Shown here piece after piece: positions 15,301-28,262 of a stretch of DNA of 64,000 nt. The DNA is taken from positions 5,910,232-5,974,231 of the forward strand of contig JAUZTB010000078.1 of NCBI GenBank assembly GCA_034780895.1, written 5' to 3'. The notes under the pieces are model-generated. The model had not been told where the DNA came from. It made no database searches and worked only from the letters and a program-made list of their open reading frames with translations. How positions within the stretch are numbered: the first letter of the stretch is position 1; each line of letters starts with the position of its first letter. This DNA is from Rhynchobatus australiae (taxonomy: Eukaryota). The position numbers and the translations under genes were made by a program.

Positions 15301-18300
15301 AAAATACATTTTTCCAGCATTTAGAAGTTTGCTATTAAATATTTTGATTTTCTTTAAGCAACTGTAACTCTCCAACAAAAATACACTTAGAAAATGATTT
15401 CTTGTGAGTGCAATGCCTTTAAAAAGAATTTGTAAATTACATTACTCTTCCTGTTTGCTCCAGCAAATACCTGTTGTCCTGGTAAGTGTCTTGCATCTGA
15501 TTTTCAGTCTCTAACTGAGAAAGCATATCCAGGCGCTTGTTGATCTTAGCAATGATGGTGTCTGTGGCTGAATTTTTGGGAAGTTCCCAGGACTTGTTGC
15601 CAGCATTGTAGCCATAATTTGTTGCAGTGCTGGGTATATTATCTTGGGTATAACTGTAATCATAGCCATCATATTCTGAAAATGAAATAAAACATTTTTT
15701 GAGAGATGTACAAGCTTTAGATTTAAAAACTCTCTCCAAAATTTAAACATTTGTCCTGAAGCATCAGAATTTTGAAATATATACCCATTTCCCCCCAACT
15801 GTATTGGATTATCATTCAAGCATCTTGACTTTTACTAAATATCACAATATACTAATGGTTCATACACTAAATCCCTAATGGCTCAGAACAGAATACATTT
15901 GATTCTTCTCAGTGTAATGGCAAATTTAATGCAATAACATAGTAAACACAAGAACATTAGTAGTAGGACATTCAGCCATCATGTCTGCCCACAATTCTGA
16001 TCTTTTACCTCAATGCCACTTTCCTACACTGATACTATATTCCCTCAATTACCTTAATATCCAAAGATTTATCACTTCTACACTAGATATACTCAGCAAA
16101 TGAGCATTCATAACTGTTGTGGGTATCAGAAGCTTCACTATCCTGAGTAAAGAAATTTCTTCATATCTCAATCCTAAGTGGCCAACTTCCAGACTGCGAT
16201 ATTCTAAGCACTCCAGCCAGGGACAACGTCACAACTGACCTACTCTGACAAAGCCTGTACCAGTTTTGTATGTCACCTCTCATTTTTCTAAAACTCAGGA
16301 GAATGTAGGCCCAGTTTGCCTAATCTGTTATAGAATATCTGCCCCCAACCCCCAATATTCCATGACTCAATCTGGTAAACTTTCAATGCACTCCCTCCAT
16401 CACATGTATCATCCTTTAGATAGGGAGACCAAGTCTGTGGTCAGTATACCAGGTTCATTTTCACCAGGACCCTAAATAATTCCAGTAATATGATGTTACT
16501 CAAATCCTTGAAGAACAATAGACTGCATCTTCCTAACTCTTTGCTGTAACTTCACATTAACTACCAGTCATTCACGTACAATGACACCCAGGTCCTTCTG
16601 AACACCAATACCTACTTCTGCTCATATTTTCTTACAATTTCTCAGTTTACAACCTCAATTTTTTCATCCTTCTATCATAGTGGATGATCTTACATTTTCC
16701 CATATTATAATTCTAGAGCGATGCAGCACAGATGAAGTCCCTTCAGCCTACTGGAATCATGCCAACTATCAATCACCCATTTTTACACCACTCTTCACAC
16801 TAACTCATTTTATTCTCCCCACATTCCCAACAATTCCACCCCAGATTCTACTGCTCATGTACACAGTAGGGTCAATTTATGGCAGCCCATTAACCTATCA
16901 ACCCACATTTTTGGAACAGCATGAAACCAATGTGGTTATGAGGAGAACACACAAACGCCACAGTGATGGCACCGTGAATCAGGATCGAACCAGGGTCACT
17001 GGAGATGCGAGGCTACAGCTCTGCTAGCTGCACAACAGTGCCACCTACTTGCCATTTTCTCAGTCAAACGACATTTCCCTGAAGTCCCTCTGCATCCTCC
17101 ACACAGTTCACACTGCCACCCTGCTTTGGAGCATCAACAAGCTTAAGATATAGCTCCCTTAATCTACATCTAGATTGTAAACAGCTGGAGCCCCCAACAT
17201 CAGTCCATAAATTGAAGCAGTCCATGCATTAATCACAGCCTACCACAATACTTATTCCCACTATTTTTTGTCAAATTTTCAATCCATATCATTTTACTAC
17301 ACCCATTCCCAGTCCAAATGCACCACATTCAATGCATAGCCCCCACATCCATTCTGCTAGTTACAATCTCAAAGAACCCTCAATAAATTTGTCAAGCAGG
17401 GACTTCCCGTTCATAAATCCACAATGACTGCCCAAATCAAACTGGTCAACTATCTTTGCAGTACCAATATCACATGTGTATCCTTCTTTAGATAGGAAGA
17501 CTAGTTCTGTGCACAATATGCCGGGTGCAGGTTCCACAAAGAGCCTATATAATTTATTTTAATAATAGACCATCATTTTTCTGCTAGTTTAGAGCTTTCC
17601 CTGCTTCTAACATCAGAGTATAGCAATCATGATACTGATATCACTACTAGCAAATGTACAGGTCTGCATGAAATTATTATACTTGCTCAATACCTGCTAC
17701 TGCAATTCAAATAAGCAGGAATGTAACAAGCTGCAGAAAGTAGTGGACTCAACCCAATACGTCATGGCACCGGCCATGCCATCTTTTCGCAGCTACAATT
17801 GGGCAGGAGGTACAGAAGCCTGAAGTCCCACACCACCAGGTTCAAGAACAGCTACTTCCCTTCAACCATTCGATTCTTGAACCAACTGGCAAAATCCTAA
17901 TCACTGGAGTTTAGCAACAATATGAACACTTTGATCACTTTGCACTAAAATGGACTTGGATTTTTTTTATTCTAATTGTGTTTTTCTTATAAATATTGTT
18001 ATAATTTACGTTTAATTTATGTTTTTCTTGTGAATCCTGCTTATATGATGCTATGTGCCTGTGCTGCTGATGCAAGTAAGTTTTTCATTGCACCTATGCA
18101 TACGTGTACTTTCAACATTTTGACTTTTAACAATTAATTGTTTAAAATTAGTAAGAAATTCACCAAATATACACAAACACATTTCTATGCCACAATACAA
18201 TATGGTCCTAAACTAAAATTCAGATTGTATTGTCTATCTTTTGCAGGCGTCAAATTCAATTGCATTGCTAGTTTCCATCATGGTGCATGTTTAAACTTTC

Positions 18301-21300
18301 AAGATAATTCACATCTACTGTGATGAAGTGCTTTGAGAGGTCGGTCATGGGTAGAATTAGTCCTTCCTGAGCAAGGACCTGAACCCGCTGCAATTTGCCT
18401 ACCACTGCAACAGGTCTGCAGCGGACACAATCTCACTGGATCTCCACTCAGCTTTGGAACACCGAGACCATAGCAAAACATATGTCAGGCTGTTGTTCAT
18501 CAAATACAGCTCAGTGTTCAATGCCATCATTCCCTCAATACTAATCAACAAGCTTCAAAATCTGGGCCTCTGTACCTCCCTCTGCAAATGGATTCACGAC
18601 TTCCTTGTTGGGAGACCACAGTGTGGATCAGTTGTAACATCTCCTCCTTGCTGACAATCAACACAGGTGCACCTCAAGCATGCGTGCTCAGCCCACTGCT
18701 CTACTCTCTCTACACTCATGACTGTGTGGCTAAGAACAGCTCAAACACCATCTGTAAATTCACCAATGACATCACTGTTGTTGGCAGAATCTATGATGGT
18801 GATGACGAGGCATACAGGAGTGAGATAGATTGGCTGGTTGAGTGGTGTTGCAACAACAACCTTGCACTCAACATCAGCAAGACCAAAGAATTGATTGGTA
18901 TTGGTATTGGTATTGGGTTATTATTGTCACTTGTACCAAGGTACAGTGAAAAACTTGTCTTGCAAACCGATCACACAGGTCAATTCATTACACGGTGCAG
19001 TTACATTGAGTTAGTACAGAGTGCATTGAGGTAGCACAGGTAAAAACAATAACAGTACAGAGTAAAGTATCACAGGTACAGAGAAAGTGCACTGCAATAA
19101 GGTGCAAGGTCACAACAAGGTAGATCGTGAGGTCATGGTCCATCTCATTGTATAAGGGAACTGTTTAATAGTCTTATCACAGTGGGGTAGCAGTTGTCCT
19201 TAAGTCTGATGGTACGTGCCCTCAGGCTCCTGTACCTTCTACCCAGTGGAAGAGGAGAGAAGAGAAAATGTCCTGGGTAGGTGGGGTCTTTGATTATGCT
19301 GGCTGCTTCACCAAGACAATGAGAGATAAAGACAGAGTCCAAGGAGGGGAGGCTGGTGTCGGTGATGCACTGGGCTGTGTCCGCAATCCTCTACAGTTTC
19401 TTGCAGTCCTGGGCAGAGTAGTTGCCGTACCAAACCATGATACATCCAGATAGGATGCTTTCTATGGTGTATTGGTAAAAGATGGTGAGAGTCAAAGGGG
19501 ACAAATCAAATTTCTTTAGCCTTCTGAGGAAGAAGAGGCACTGGTGAGCTTTCTTCGCCGTGGCTTCTACGTGATTTGATCAGGACAGGCTGTTGGTGAT
19601 GTTCACTCCCAGGAACTTGAAGCTGTCAACCCTCTCGACCTCAGCACCATTGATGTANNNNNNNNNNNNNNNNNNNNNNNNNNNNNNNNNNNNNNNNNNN
19701 NNNNNNNNNNNNNNNNNNNNNNNNNNNNNNNNNNNNNNNNNNNNNNNNNNNNNNNNNCATTTGCACATCCCTCCCCACCACTGGAAGTATCTACATGAAC
19801 CTCTGAAGGCAACATCTATCATCAAAGATCCTCACCATCCAGGCCATGCCATATTCTTGCAGTTACCATCAGGCAGGAGGTACAGAAGCTTGAAGTCCCA
19901 CACCACCAGGTTCAAGTGCAGCTACTTCCCTTCAACCATTCTGTTCTTGAACCAACCTTCATAACCCTAACCACTACCACAATATACCAACACTAGGACC
20001 ACTTTGCACTACAATGGACTTGGTTTTCTTTTGTTCTAATTGTGTTCTTTCCTGTATGATGTTTATGTTTTTTCTTGTGCACTGATGCAATAAGACTGAT
20101 GTTGCTGCAAGTTAAGTTTTTCATTGCACCCATCCATCCATGTACTTGTGCACATGACAATAAACCAGACTTTGACTTCATCACATAAACCTGCTCTGCC
20201 ATTCAATAAAATCAGGGCAAATCCAATTTTGATCTCAACACGACCTTCCTACTATCCCCTCAGATCCCTCGACTCCGAGTGGACTAAGGGTCTGTTAATC
20301 TCTAGAGGTCTTTGGAAAAGAAAGTTCCAAAGATGTACAACCCTCAGAAGAAATTGCATAAATTAATGACCCTTATTCCAAAACTATATTTAGATACTCC
20401 ACCAAGGGGAACCACCCTCTTAGCATCCACTCTTTCAATCACCCACAGGATCTTGTAAGTTTCTAAATCACTTCACACTCTTGTAAAGGACCGTGAATGT
20501 AGGCCTGACTTGCTCAAGCTTTCTATGTACTTTGCCCCTTTCATCCTACAAACCTAGTTGAATTCCTTCCACAATTCCAATGCCAGCACATTGTTCCTTA
20601 AATATGGAGACTGTACACAGTATCCCACATGCTTCTACACTCCATCTCCCTTGCAAGGCCAACATTCCATTAACCTTCCCAACTACTTGCTGTACCCAAC
20701 TTTCTACGTTTCATATATTAGGACCCTTATATCCTTTTGCAGCACAACATTCTGTAGTATTACTGTTTAAATAATTTCTTTCTTCAAAAGTGAATAATCT
20801 CATTATCTTTTCACACCTAATACTCCACCTGCCCACTTCTTGCCCACGCACTTAAATCCACCTACATCCCTTTGCAGGTTGCAATTGCCTTAGAACTTGT
20901 TAATACACCTAATTTTTGTATCAGTAGCAAATTTGGCTACAGTACAGTACACAACTCAACGTCAATGTATTCAATACATTTTGACTATATCCCTAGGTCA
21001 ATCCAATAGAACTGCTAATAAGCAGTAGAAGCACAGTATGTCTTCTTAAGCACTTTATAACACAATATGCATTCATGAGTCAACGGGAAGTCAAAACTAT
21101 CAACACAGTACAAATACAGGTCACTCATTTTAAGACCTACAAGATACATCCCACTTACCTTGTGAATTGGTGGCTCCAGTGTTCCAAGAATCGCCTGTTC
21201 CATAGCCTAAAATAATATAACCAAGAACATTTAAATAATGTCAATATTACAATACTTGAGAACTGTGAATAATCTATGATGCATACTAGTTGATAAAATG

Positions 21301-24300
21301 TTAATTCAAAAGATTGTGATTTCCATTCTAGCTCTATTGTCAACTGCACACTGATCTTCCCATTTATCTGTTCCTTCTTTACATCCAGTGCTACAGAAAA
21401 TTTAATTCTCTAATTAGTCATTATACAATCATATCCAGGTAATCATCAACTCAAACTCATTTGTTAGAATCTATGGCATGACTTTTTATATTATGAATAC
21501 TGTCCATTCAGATACATAATAATTTTACCCTTCTCCATTTATTCTTAGTTTAACTAAAGACTCTAAAGTCGCCTACATTTTCGCTCTCTGCTTTCTTAAA
21601 TAGCAATGCTATATTTGGTTCTTCAAATCTGCTGGAACTGTTCCAGCAGCACAGAATTTCAAAAACCCCTCACTACTGCATTTTTTAGTTCCTACAGCCA
21701 TGACTTTTGGAACCCTGGAATGCAGACCATCAGGTCCAGGGATATGCCTGGTTTTAGTTCTATTAACAGATATCACTAACCATTCTCCTCATGGTCATGG
21801 CCCATTGGTTCCCCCCATTTCTGCCATGTGCATCTTCTGGAGTGAAGACAAATACAAAATCTATATCTTGCCTCCCCATTATAATATCTTCTACCATTGC
21901 CTCATGGAACCAAAATTTAATTTCACTACTTTTTACATAAAGATAGAAGCCCTTTCATTTTCTTTACATTTCTGTGCACTCCATCTTTTCATTAATGGTT
22001 GCTACTTCTTCAAACTCAGCCAATCTTCAGGTCAAAATAAACATCTCCTTAAGATCATCTGTAAAATAATTTCCTCAACAAAACTGTAGACTAACAAGTT
22101 TGCAATTTATTCAAAAGCTTGTTATTTCTCCAAGGACAAAAACCTTTTTAATCTAATTTCTCCAACCACCTTAAAAAAAGTACCCCTTTTCCTTCATAAT
22201 TAACTTTATTCAATTTATAGACTATATTTCTTAACTGATTGGGATTTTCTTGATGACAAAATTATGACATATCATCATGATTTTTCCCTAGAGGACCCTT
22301 ACTATTACAATCAGAAGTAGAGTCAGTGTGGATAGAACTGAGGAACTGTAGGAGCAAAAAGACCCTAATGGGTATTATCTACAGGCCTCCAAACGGTGGC
22401 GTGGATATTGGGTGCAAGCTGAATAGTGAGTTAATGTTGGCATGTGGCAAGGGTAATGTCACAGTAGTNNNNNNNNNNNNNNNNNNNNNNNNNNNNNNNN
22501 NNNNNNNNNNNNNNNNNNNNNNNNNNNNNNNNNNNNNNNNNNNNNNNNNNNNNNNNNNNNNNNNNNNNTCCCAAGTTACTTCCAGGACATGCTATTACAG
22601 GAAAATAACTGCCAAATGAATTCTAAATGCTTCTTCAAGACTACTTCGGTCAAGTTATGACCATGACCACTCTACACAAAGTCTCTCCTGATTATTTTAG
22701 TTTTTTTTTAAAAATTCTTGTTTAATTTTCTCTCCAATTGTTGTTGTTGATGGGATTGTAAACCACTCCAACAAGTGCCCTGTCACTCATCTCTCAGCTC
22801 TTCTGAGCCAAGGTACTTCCACACTGCTGCTCTTAGGTTATTTCCACTCAATCTTTCCACCTTATCTGTTCTTTCTTAATATCCAGTATTACATCCAGTA
22901 ATATCCAGTTGATTATCATATATCTATATAATTATTAGCACAAATTCATTTATCAACTTCACTGGCATCTTATCTATACTTTGTCACAAATGCATTGTCC
23001 AGTCAAATGTACAATCTTAACTTTAGCCTTCTACTATTTCCTTAAATTTACTTTATCTAACACTAATCCACTATTAGTGTTACACTCTGTCCCTTCTCAT
23101 CTGTCATTATCTAACCAGCTATATTACTCTTACCTTATCCTTTCTCTTTAAATCAGTAAGATTTCCCTCAACTGAACACTGTCACTACTGTTTCCCACTC
23201 CAACAGCTTAAAACTTCATCTAAAGCTCCATTACCCTTTGGTAACTGTTCTCAGCCATCCCAACAGAAAAGCTGTCTCTTGCCCCAATGCTACTACCAGT
23301 ATTCCATGAATAGAAACTCTTTTTGCCCACACTACCTTGCACACATCCTGTGTTGAGCTCTCTGATCTGTTCAAATCTATGTCAATTTATGTGTAACTGA
23401 GGTGATAATCCTAAGATCAATACCCACTGAATTCTCTGTTTAAAGATGCTTCCTAGTCCCTCATGTTTTAGCAGACACACATTCCTAATTTTACCACGTC
23501 AATGGTTCCAACATAGACTTAAAAACTGTATCCTCCCTTTCCCACTCAAAGTTCTTTTTCAAGCCTGAGAAGATTGATGAATCCCTGGCATCAAGCAAGT
23601 ATTCAGCCTTTGAGATCACCCCTCCCAAACACCAAAGTCTTGGATGCAGAGAATAGTGCTCAACTCCCTGACTATACCATACTTACTACTACACTCTTGT
23701 GCAATGGTTGCATTCCCCATCCTTTCTTGTCTTTGTTCACATTTGCATAGGCAGCAAGCACCAGTGAACGAAGTTAATTGCTCAGATTTGCATTTTCACA
23801 TGCTAGGTTCCCATAACCATTTAATTAACCAGCCAACCCATACATTTCTGGGACGTGGGAGGAAACCAGAGCACCCAGGTGAAATCTGTGCTGCCAAAAT
23901 TCAAGTCATTATGCAACCCATGGGGCATGACTGCATCTGTATCAAATGGTCCAATGCACCCTTTTACTCCTATTGATGCTCGCAATGACTGAAGCTTGAA
24001 CTCAGGCTTAACATCACTAGACCAAAGTTCCTCAAATTGTACAGAATTACTATTATAGCTTTACAGCATCTCTTATTGGTAACACAAATTTCTATATGTT
24101 CAACACATCACCCATAAAATGTTTGTATTAATTAGGTAAACTTGCTATTCACCAGATGTCTTTTTAATTGGTTTATCTACCAAAACTTAGTTATACCAAA
24201 ACTTGACAAGATCCCACATAATCAGTTAATCAAGAAAGTTCAGATGCATGGGGTCAGTGGAGAATTAGCTGTGTGGATCCAGAATTGGCTTGCCTGCAGA

Positions 24301-27300
24301 AGACAAAGGGCGGTGGTTGAAAAGACTTATTTGGGGTGGAGGCTAGTGGTGTTCTGCAGGTTTGTGCTGGGACATCTGCTGTTTGTGATGTACATAAACA
24401 ACCTGGATGAGTATATTGATGGATGGGTAAGTACGTTTGCAGACTATACCAAGATTGGCGGAGTAGTGAATAGTGTGAAAGACTGGCAACGGATACAGAG
24501 TGATATAGATCAGCTGCAGATGTGGGCAGAGAAATAGCAGGTGGAGTTTAACCCAGATAAATGTGAGGTGATGCGCCTTGGTAGAACTAATATCAAGAGA
24601 GAGTACACTCTTAAGGGCAAGACCCTTAACAGTGTTGAAGAGCAGAGAGACCTTGGGGTGCAAGTCCATGACTCATTGNNNNNNNNNNNNNNNNNNNNNN
24701 NNNNNNNNNNNNNNNNNNNNNNNNNNNNNNNNNNNNNNNNNNNNNNNNNNNNNNNNNNNNNNNNNNNNNNNNNNNNNNGTCACATGCACCGAGGTTTTGC
24801 TGCCATCCATACAGATCATTTCACCACATCACTACATCGAGGTAGTACATGGGAAAAGCAGTTACAGAGTGCAGAACATCAACCCAGTGCACCAACTGAC
24901 CAACACGGAGCTCAGTGCTGGGCACGTTGACCCAGGAGAGAACACCGGTGGTCTTGGAGGGGGCTTTGCAACAGTACAGGCGGTCCCCTGCAGATCAAGT
25001 GCAGCCCGGTGGTTGGACATGGGATGTCTCCAATGGAAGGAGAAAACTGAGAATAAGTTGTTTTGATTTTCTTCCTTTTTTCATTTTTTATTCCTATTTT
25101 TGGTCACTGTAGAAGGGAACAATTTGGCCCAACGAATGCATCCAGGTTTCCATCCCATGATTTACTCTCCCTGTAACCCATCTCTCTCACATCCCCATCA
25201 CTCCCACCCTGACTCAGACACAAGGTGTGTCCTGGGTCCAGGACAATCCACAGAACCTAAACCACCTGCCTGGGCTCCCCTGGTCATTCCAGCGTTTGCA
25301 GGGTTGTGTTCTGGGGATGTCGGGGAGGAGGTACAGGAGTCTGAAGATCCACACACAACGATTCAGGAACAGCTTCTTCCCCTCCGCCATCTGATTTCTT
25401 AAGGGCAAGAACCTTAACAGTGTTGAAGAGCAGAGAGACCTTGGGGTGCAAGTCCATGACTCATTGAAAGTGGCCACACAGGTAGACAGGGTGGTTAAGG
25501 CGGCTTATGGAATGCTTGCATTTATTAATTGAGGTATCGAGTATAGGAGTCAATAAGTTATGATGCATCTCTATAGAACTCTGGTTAAGTTGCATTTATA
25601 TCACATGCAACTCTGGTCCCCTCTCTATATAGGATGTCGAGGCTTTAGAGAGGGTGCAGAGGAGGTTTACTAGGATGCTGCCTGGATTAGAAGGCATGTG
25701 CTATCAGGAGAGGCTGGACAAACTTGGGCTCTTTTCTCTCGAACAGCAGAGGCTGAGGGGTGATCTGTTGGAGGTATATAAAATTGAGGGATGTAGATGT
25801 AGATAGGGTAGAAAGTAATTTTTTTCCCCCCCATTATTGAGCGATCCAATATCAGAGGGCATGCATTTAAGGTGAAGGGGGTAGGTTCAGAACAGACGTG
25901 AGGGGTACATTTTTTTTATACTGAGAGCGTGGTGGATGCCTGGAATGTGTTGCCTGATAGGGTGGTCGAGGCAAACTCAGTCAGGGTTTTTAAGGACTTG
26001 GATGGGCACATGAATGAGGGGAAAATAGAGGGATATGGGCATTCTGTAGGTAAGAGGGAATAGCTATGTCAGCACAACATTGTGGGCCGAAGGACCTGTT
26101 CTGTGCCGTACTGTTCTATATTCTAAAACTTAGTCAATTTTATCTACAACTATAATGCAAGAAAGGACACCAATGGAAATGAAATGCTAGACAAAAATTG
26201 GATATATTGCCTATACCTTTCATAAAGCACAAATATTGGATATGCAATGTTTTATCCTCCCTCTCCACCACACATCCCCTGTTTAGCTTGCTGATCTATT
26301 CAAATCTATGTTAATTTATGCCTGACAGATAATAATCCTAAAGTTATTTTCTGGATTCTCTGTTTAAATATGCTTCGTGGTTCCTTAAGATCTTTCAGCA
26401 GACCCACACTCATGTCATTTAACCCATGTAATTGGTTCCTATATACACTCTAAAAATTGCATCCTCCCTTTCCCACTCAAAGATCTGTTCCAGCTGACCA
26501 AAATCCCAACTGTTATTTTTCTAGTTGCTGGCCTTCTGACCACTGAAAACTGTTTCTTTTGTACTACAAGTTATTTTCCACTCAAAGAGAGAGCAATCCC
26601 AGCTCTTCATTACTAAAACCACTCATCCCAGATGTGATTCTCATAAATAAAGATTTGAGCCTTATAATTATAATTTCTATCATGCAGTACCAAAGAAGAA
26701 TTGCACTGTCAGAGATGAGACATTAAAATGTAAGCCCCATCTGCTCCATTAGCTTGATAGGAAAGCCCCTAGGACATTATTTTAAAGAACAGTACAGATC
26801 TTGTGGGTAGCAACAAGATCTTGTGAATAACAGGGGGTCCCGGGTGACTTACTGGCCAATGAAGACATATTCATTCTGTGGAAGTGGGCACATCTCACTC
26901 AGCCACCATTATCACTGAGCACATGACATGTATAAAGCAATGGCAGAAGATAGCAGCCCCATGGATTTAACACCCATTTAATAATGTCATAGTTGATCTA
27001 ACAGAGGCACAGAAGGCTGCAGAGGCGAGAATCTGGAGCACCAAACCAACAACCTGCTGGAGGAACTCAGCAGGGTTTTGACCTGAAACGTTGACAATTC
27101 CTTTCCTCCTACAAGAGAGAGGCAGTTAAGAGTCCAGTGCACGTTCTGGCAAGGGTGAAAGGCAGAGACGGCAAAATTAGGGAATCTTGGATGAGAAAGA
27201 ATTGATTTGGAAAAGATGGAAACATATGTCGGCACAACATTGTGGGCCGAAAAGACTGTACCGTGCTGTGCTATATTCTAACCCGCCAAGCCTGGCCTGC

Positions 27301-28262
27301 TGAGTACCTCTAAGCATTTTGTTTCTTTTTCCACCTAGATTCCAGCATCTGCAGTCCTTTGTTTCCCCACTTTCACTTTCCTTCACCATTAAGAACGGCC
27401 GAGGAACATCGTGCAGAGAGACTGTGCGCCAAGTACAAGCCACTTCCATCCTCTGGCTGACTGAAGGGAGCTCGCAATCTTCAGCAAAGTCAGCCCAGGG
27501 AATCCTTGTTTTCCACCCCCCCAGCCCACTGGTGGACAGACAGGACAGGCGGCGGACCCGCGTGCGCGCGCACGGCGCTCCCGGGGGGCGCGCGCGCGCG
27601 ACCCGAACAATCCACGCCGATGAGGTGCCGCCATTTTGTAGCCTCTTGAAAAGTGTTTTTAAAAAAATGTTCTCCCTCAGGACTCCGAAGGTGCACCGCT
27701 TATAATCCGTCGGTGGAATCGGTCGTCGTGCCCCCGCTCACCACGGGATGAGGAAAAATATCCACAGATCCGCGGTAAAGAAGGGATTTTACCATCAATA
27801 TGCAAACCACCTACACGACGACTGATCAAGATTTAATTCACCTATAACGTTTCGAAATCCAACGCTTGTTTTTAACGGATTTCTAAAACTTTCACTTAAA
27901 AATTCCGTTTAAACAAAAATACGACACGAGTTCCTGTAAACCTAATGCGGTGGGTTTGATTGTCACGCCCGTTGACCAATGGGGTGGAAGCATTCGGCAG
28001 CCTGCAGTCCCTGAGCCAATCGGAGCCGCTTGGGCGGGATCACCGCCGCCCATCAAGTTAGGTTGGTCTCACGTTTAAAATGACGCGTCCAAGGCGGAAA
28101 TTAAGGACAATTATTTAATCATCCCTCCCCTCTCCCATCGTCAAACAATCGCATCTTTTAAAAAGCATCATTTAAGAAAGGATCGGCTCAGAAACGGGAC
28201 AAGAATGTTGGAAAAATTTAAACTAAACCGCTTCGCCGTTTACCTGAGTACCAAGAATCCAT
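253..28262 (-). CDS. AKAP8L: Gene A: AKAP95-family (AKAP8/AKAP8L-like) protein; first 9 coding exons, 3' end outside window
   Basis: Spliced minus-strand exons 28244-28262, 21159-21206, 15471-15675, 10771-11248, 4808-4913, 3680-3714, 2349-2391, 1256-1322, 253-394 join in frame with GT-AG boundaries (1143 nt). Motifs [36 protein letters not shown] and zinc finger [23 protein letters not shown] match the AKAP8/AKAP8L family. AKAP8 vs AKAP8L orthology is uncertain. Confidence 0.88.
489..1249 (+). mobile_element. CR1 LINE 3' fragment with (TTCTATG)n tail
   Basis: [20 protein letters not shown]...[10 protein letters not shown] and RGDLIEVYK peptides; microsatellite tail. Confidence 0.9.
1256..1322 (-). 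CDS. AKAP8L: Gene A exon 8 ([23 protein letters not shown])
   Basis: 67 nt; peptide nearly identical to gene B exon 8; attag| and |gtgatt. Confidence 0.9.
2349..2391 (-). CDS. AKAP8L: Gene A exon 7 ([14 protein letters not shown])
   Basis: ttccag|ACT...CGCT|gtaaga; 43 nt like gene B exon 7. Confidence 0.85.
3680..3714 (-). CDS. AKAP8L: Gene A exon 6 ([12 protein letters not shown])
   Basis: gtttcag|CAGAAG...GGT|gtaagt; phases 1/0 fit neighbours. Confidence 0.8.
4808..4913 (-). CDS. AKAP8L: Gene A exon 5 ([35 protein letters not shown]), basic NLS-like
   Basis: tttaacag|ATG...GCAG|gtatgc; paralogous to 51947-52061. Confidence 0.9.
6540..8000 (+). mobile_element. Degenerate CR1 LINE RT/3' region, interrupted by a MITE
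   Basis: Decayed NDLD/FAGDT-like RT segment and CR1 3' UTR similarity; boundaries approximate. Confidence 0.65.
6900..7409. mobile_element. Tigger/pogo-like MITE nested in the CR1
   Basis: Imperfect TIRs gatccccaggttatg ... cataacccaggaccccctg, TA flank. Confidence 0.55.
8414..8707. mobile_element. Tigger/pogo-like MITE
   Basis: TIR caggccatccccgggttatgaa vs reverse complement caggccacccccagataatgaa; TA after the right end. Confidence 0.65.
10771..11248 (-). CDS. AKAP8L: Gene A exon 4 (Tyr/Gly/Arg-rich region)
   Basis: Within ORF 10753-11466; tttcag|G TTT ACA ... AGA GGC|gtaagt; RDLYRSGY and [11 protein letters not shown] motifs. Confidence 0.93.
12700..13330 (-). mobile_element. Old non-LTR (L2/CR1-clade) retrotransposon 3' fragment
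   Basis: Minus-strand peptide [31 protein letters not shown] resembles a LINE ORF2 C-terminus. Confidence 0.55.
13382..13778. mobile_element. Penelope-like-derived palindromic element
   Basis: Long inverted arms (caacacacacaaaatgctggag...gtcgacg / cgtcgac...ctccagcattttgtgtgtgttg); same sequence family at ~27010, 29790, 33310, 37530, 38040, 39760, 40090, 63350. Confidence 0.7.
13956..14407. other. Largest assembly gap (N-run); many ~100-N gaps elsewhere
   Basis: Run of Ns. Confidence 0.99.
15471..15675 (-). CDS. AKAP8L: Gene A exon 3 (EYDGYDY...[16 protein letters not shown]...DNR)
   Basis: ttcag| acceptor and |gtattt donor; conserved family motif. Confidence 0.92.
16740..17045 (-). mobile_element. 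Degenerate tRNA-derived V-SINE
   Basis: Similarity to the better-preserved copy at 47360-47655. Confidence 0.55.
17715..18125 (+). mobile_element. Rex1/Babar-type LINE 3' end
   Basis: [20 protein letters not shown] motif plus a 3' UTR shared with 8190-8325 and 19870-20177. Confidence 0.75.
18440..20177 (+). mobile_element. Rex1/Babar-type LINE RT fragment with an opposite-strand related insertion (~18895-19657)
   Basis: [47 protein letters not shown]; nested minus-strand copy ([22 protein letters not shown]) with an (ACCAAT)n tail at ~18892-18916. Confidence 0.85.
21159..21206 (-). CDS. AKAP8L: Gene A exon 2 ([16 protein letters not shown])
   Basis: ttttag|GCTATGGA...CACAAG|gtaagt; 48 nt, paralogous to 48412-48459. 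Confidence 0.85.
22315..22468 (+). mobile_element. CR1 endonuclease-domain fragment
   Basis: [22 protein letters not shown], an APE-type motif; ends at a gap. Confidence 0.75.
24200..26125 (+). mobile_element. CR1 LINE RT and 3' end, interrupted by a gap/insert
   Basis: [30 protein letters not shown] peptides; gttctatattcta tail. Confidence 0.88.
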
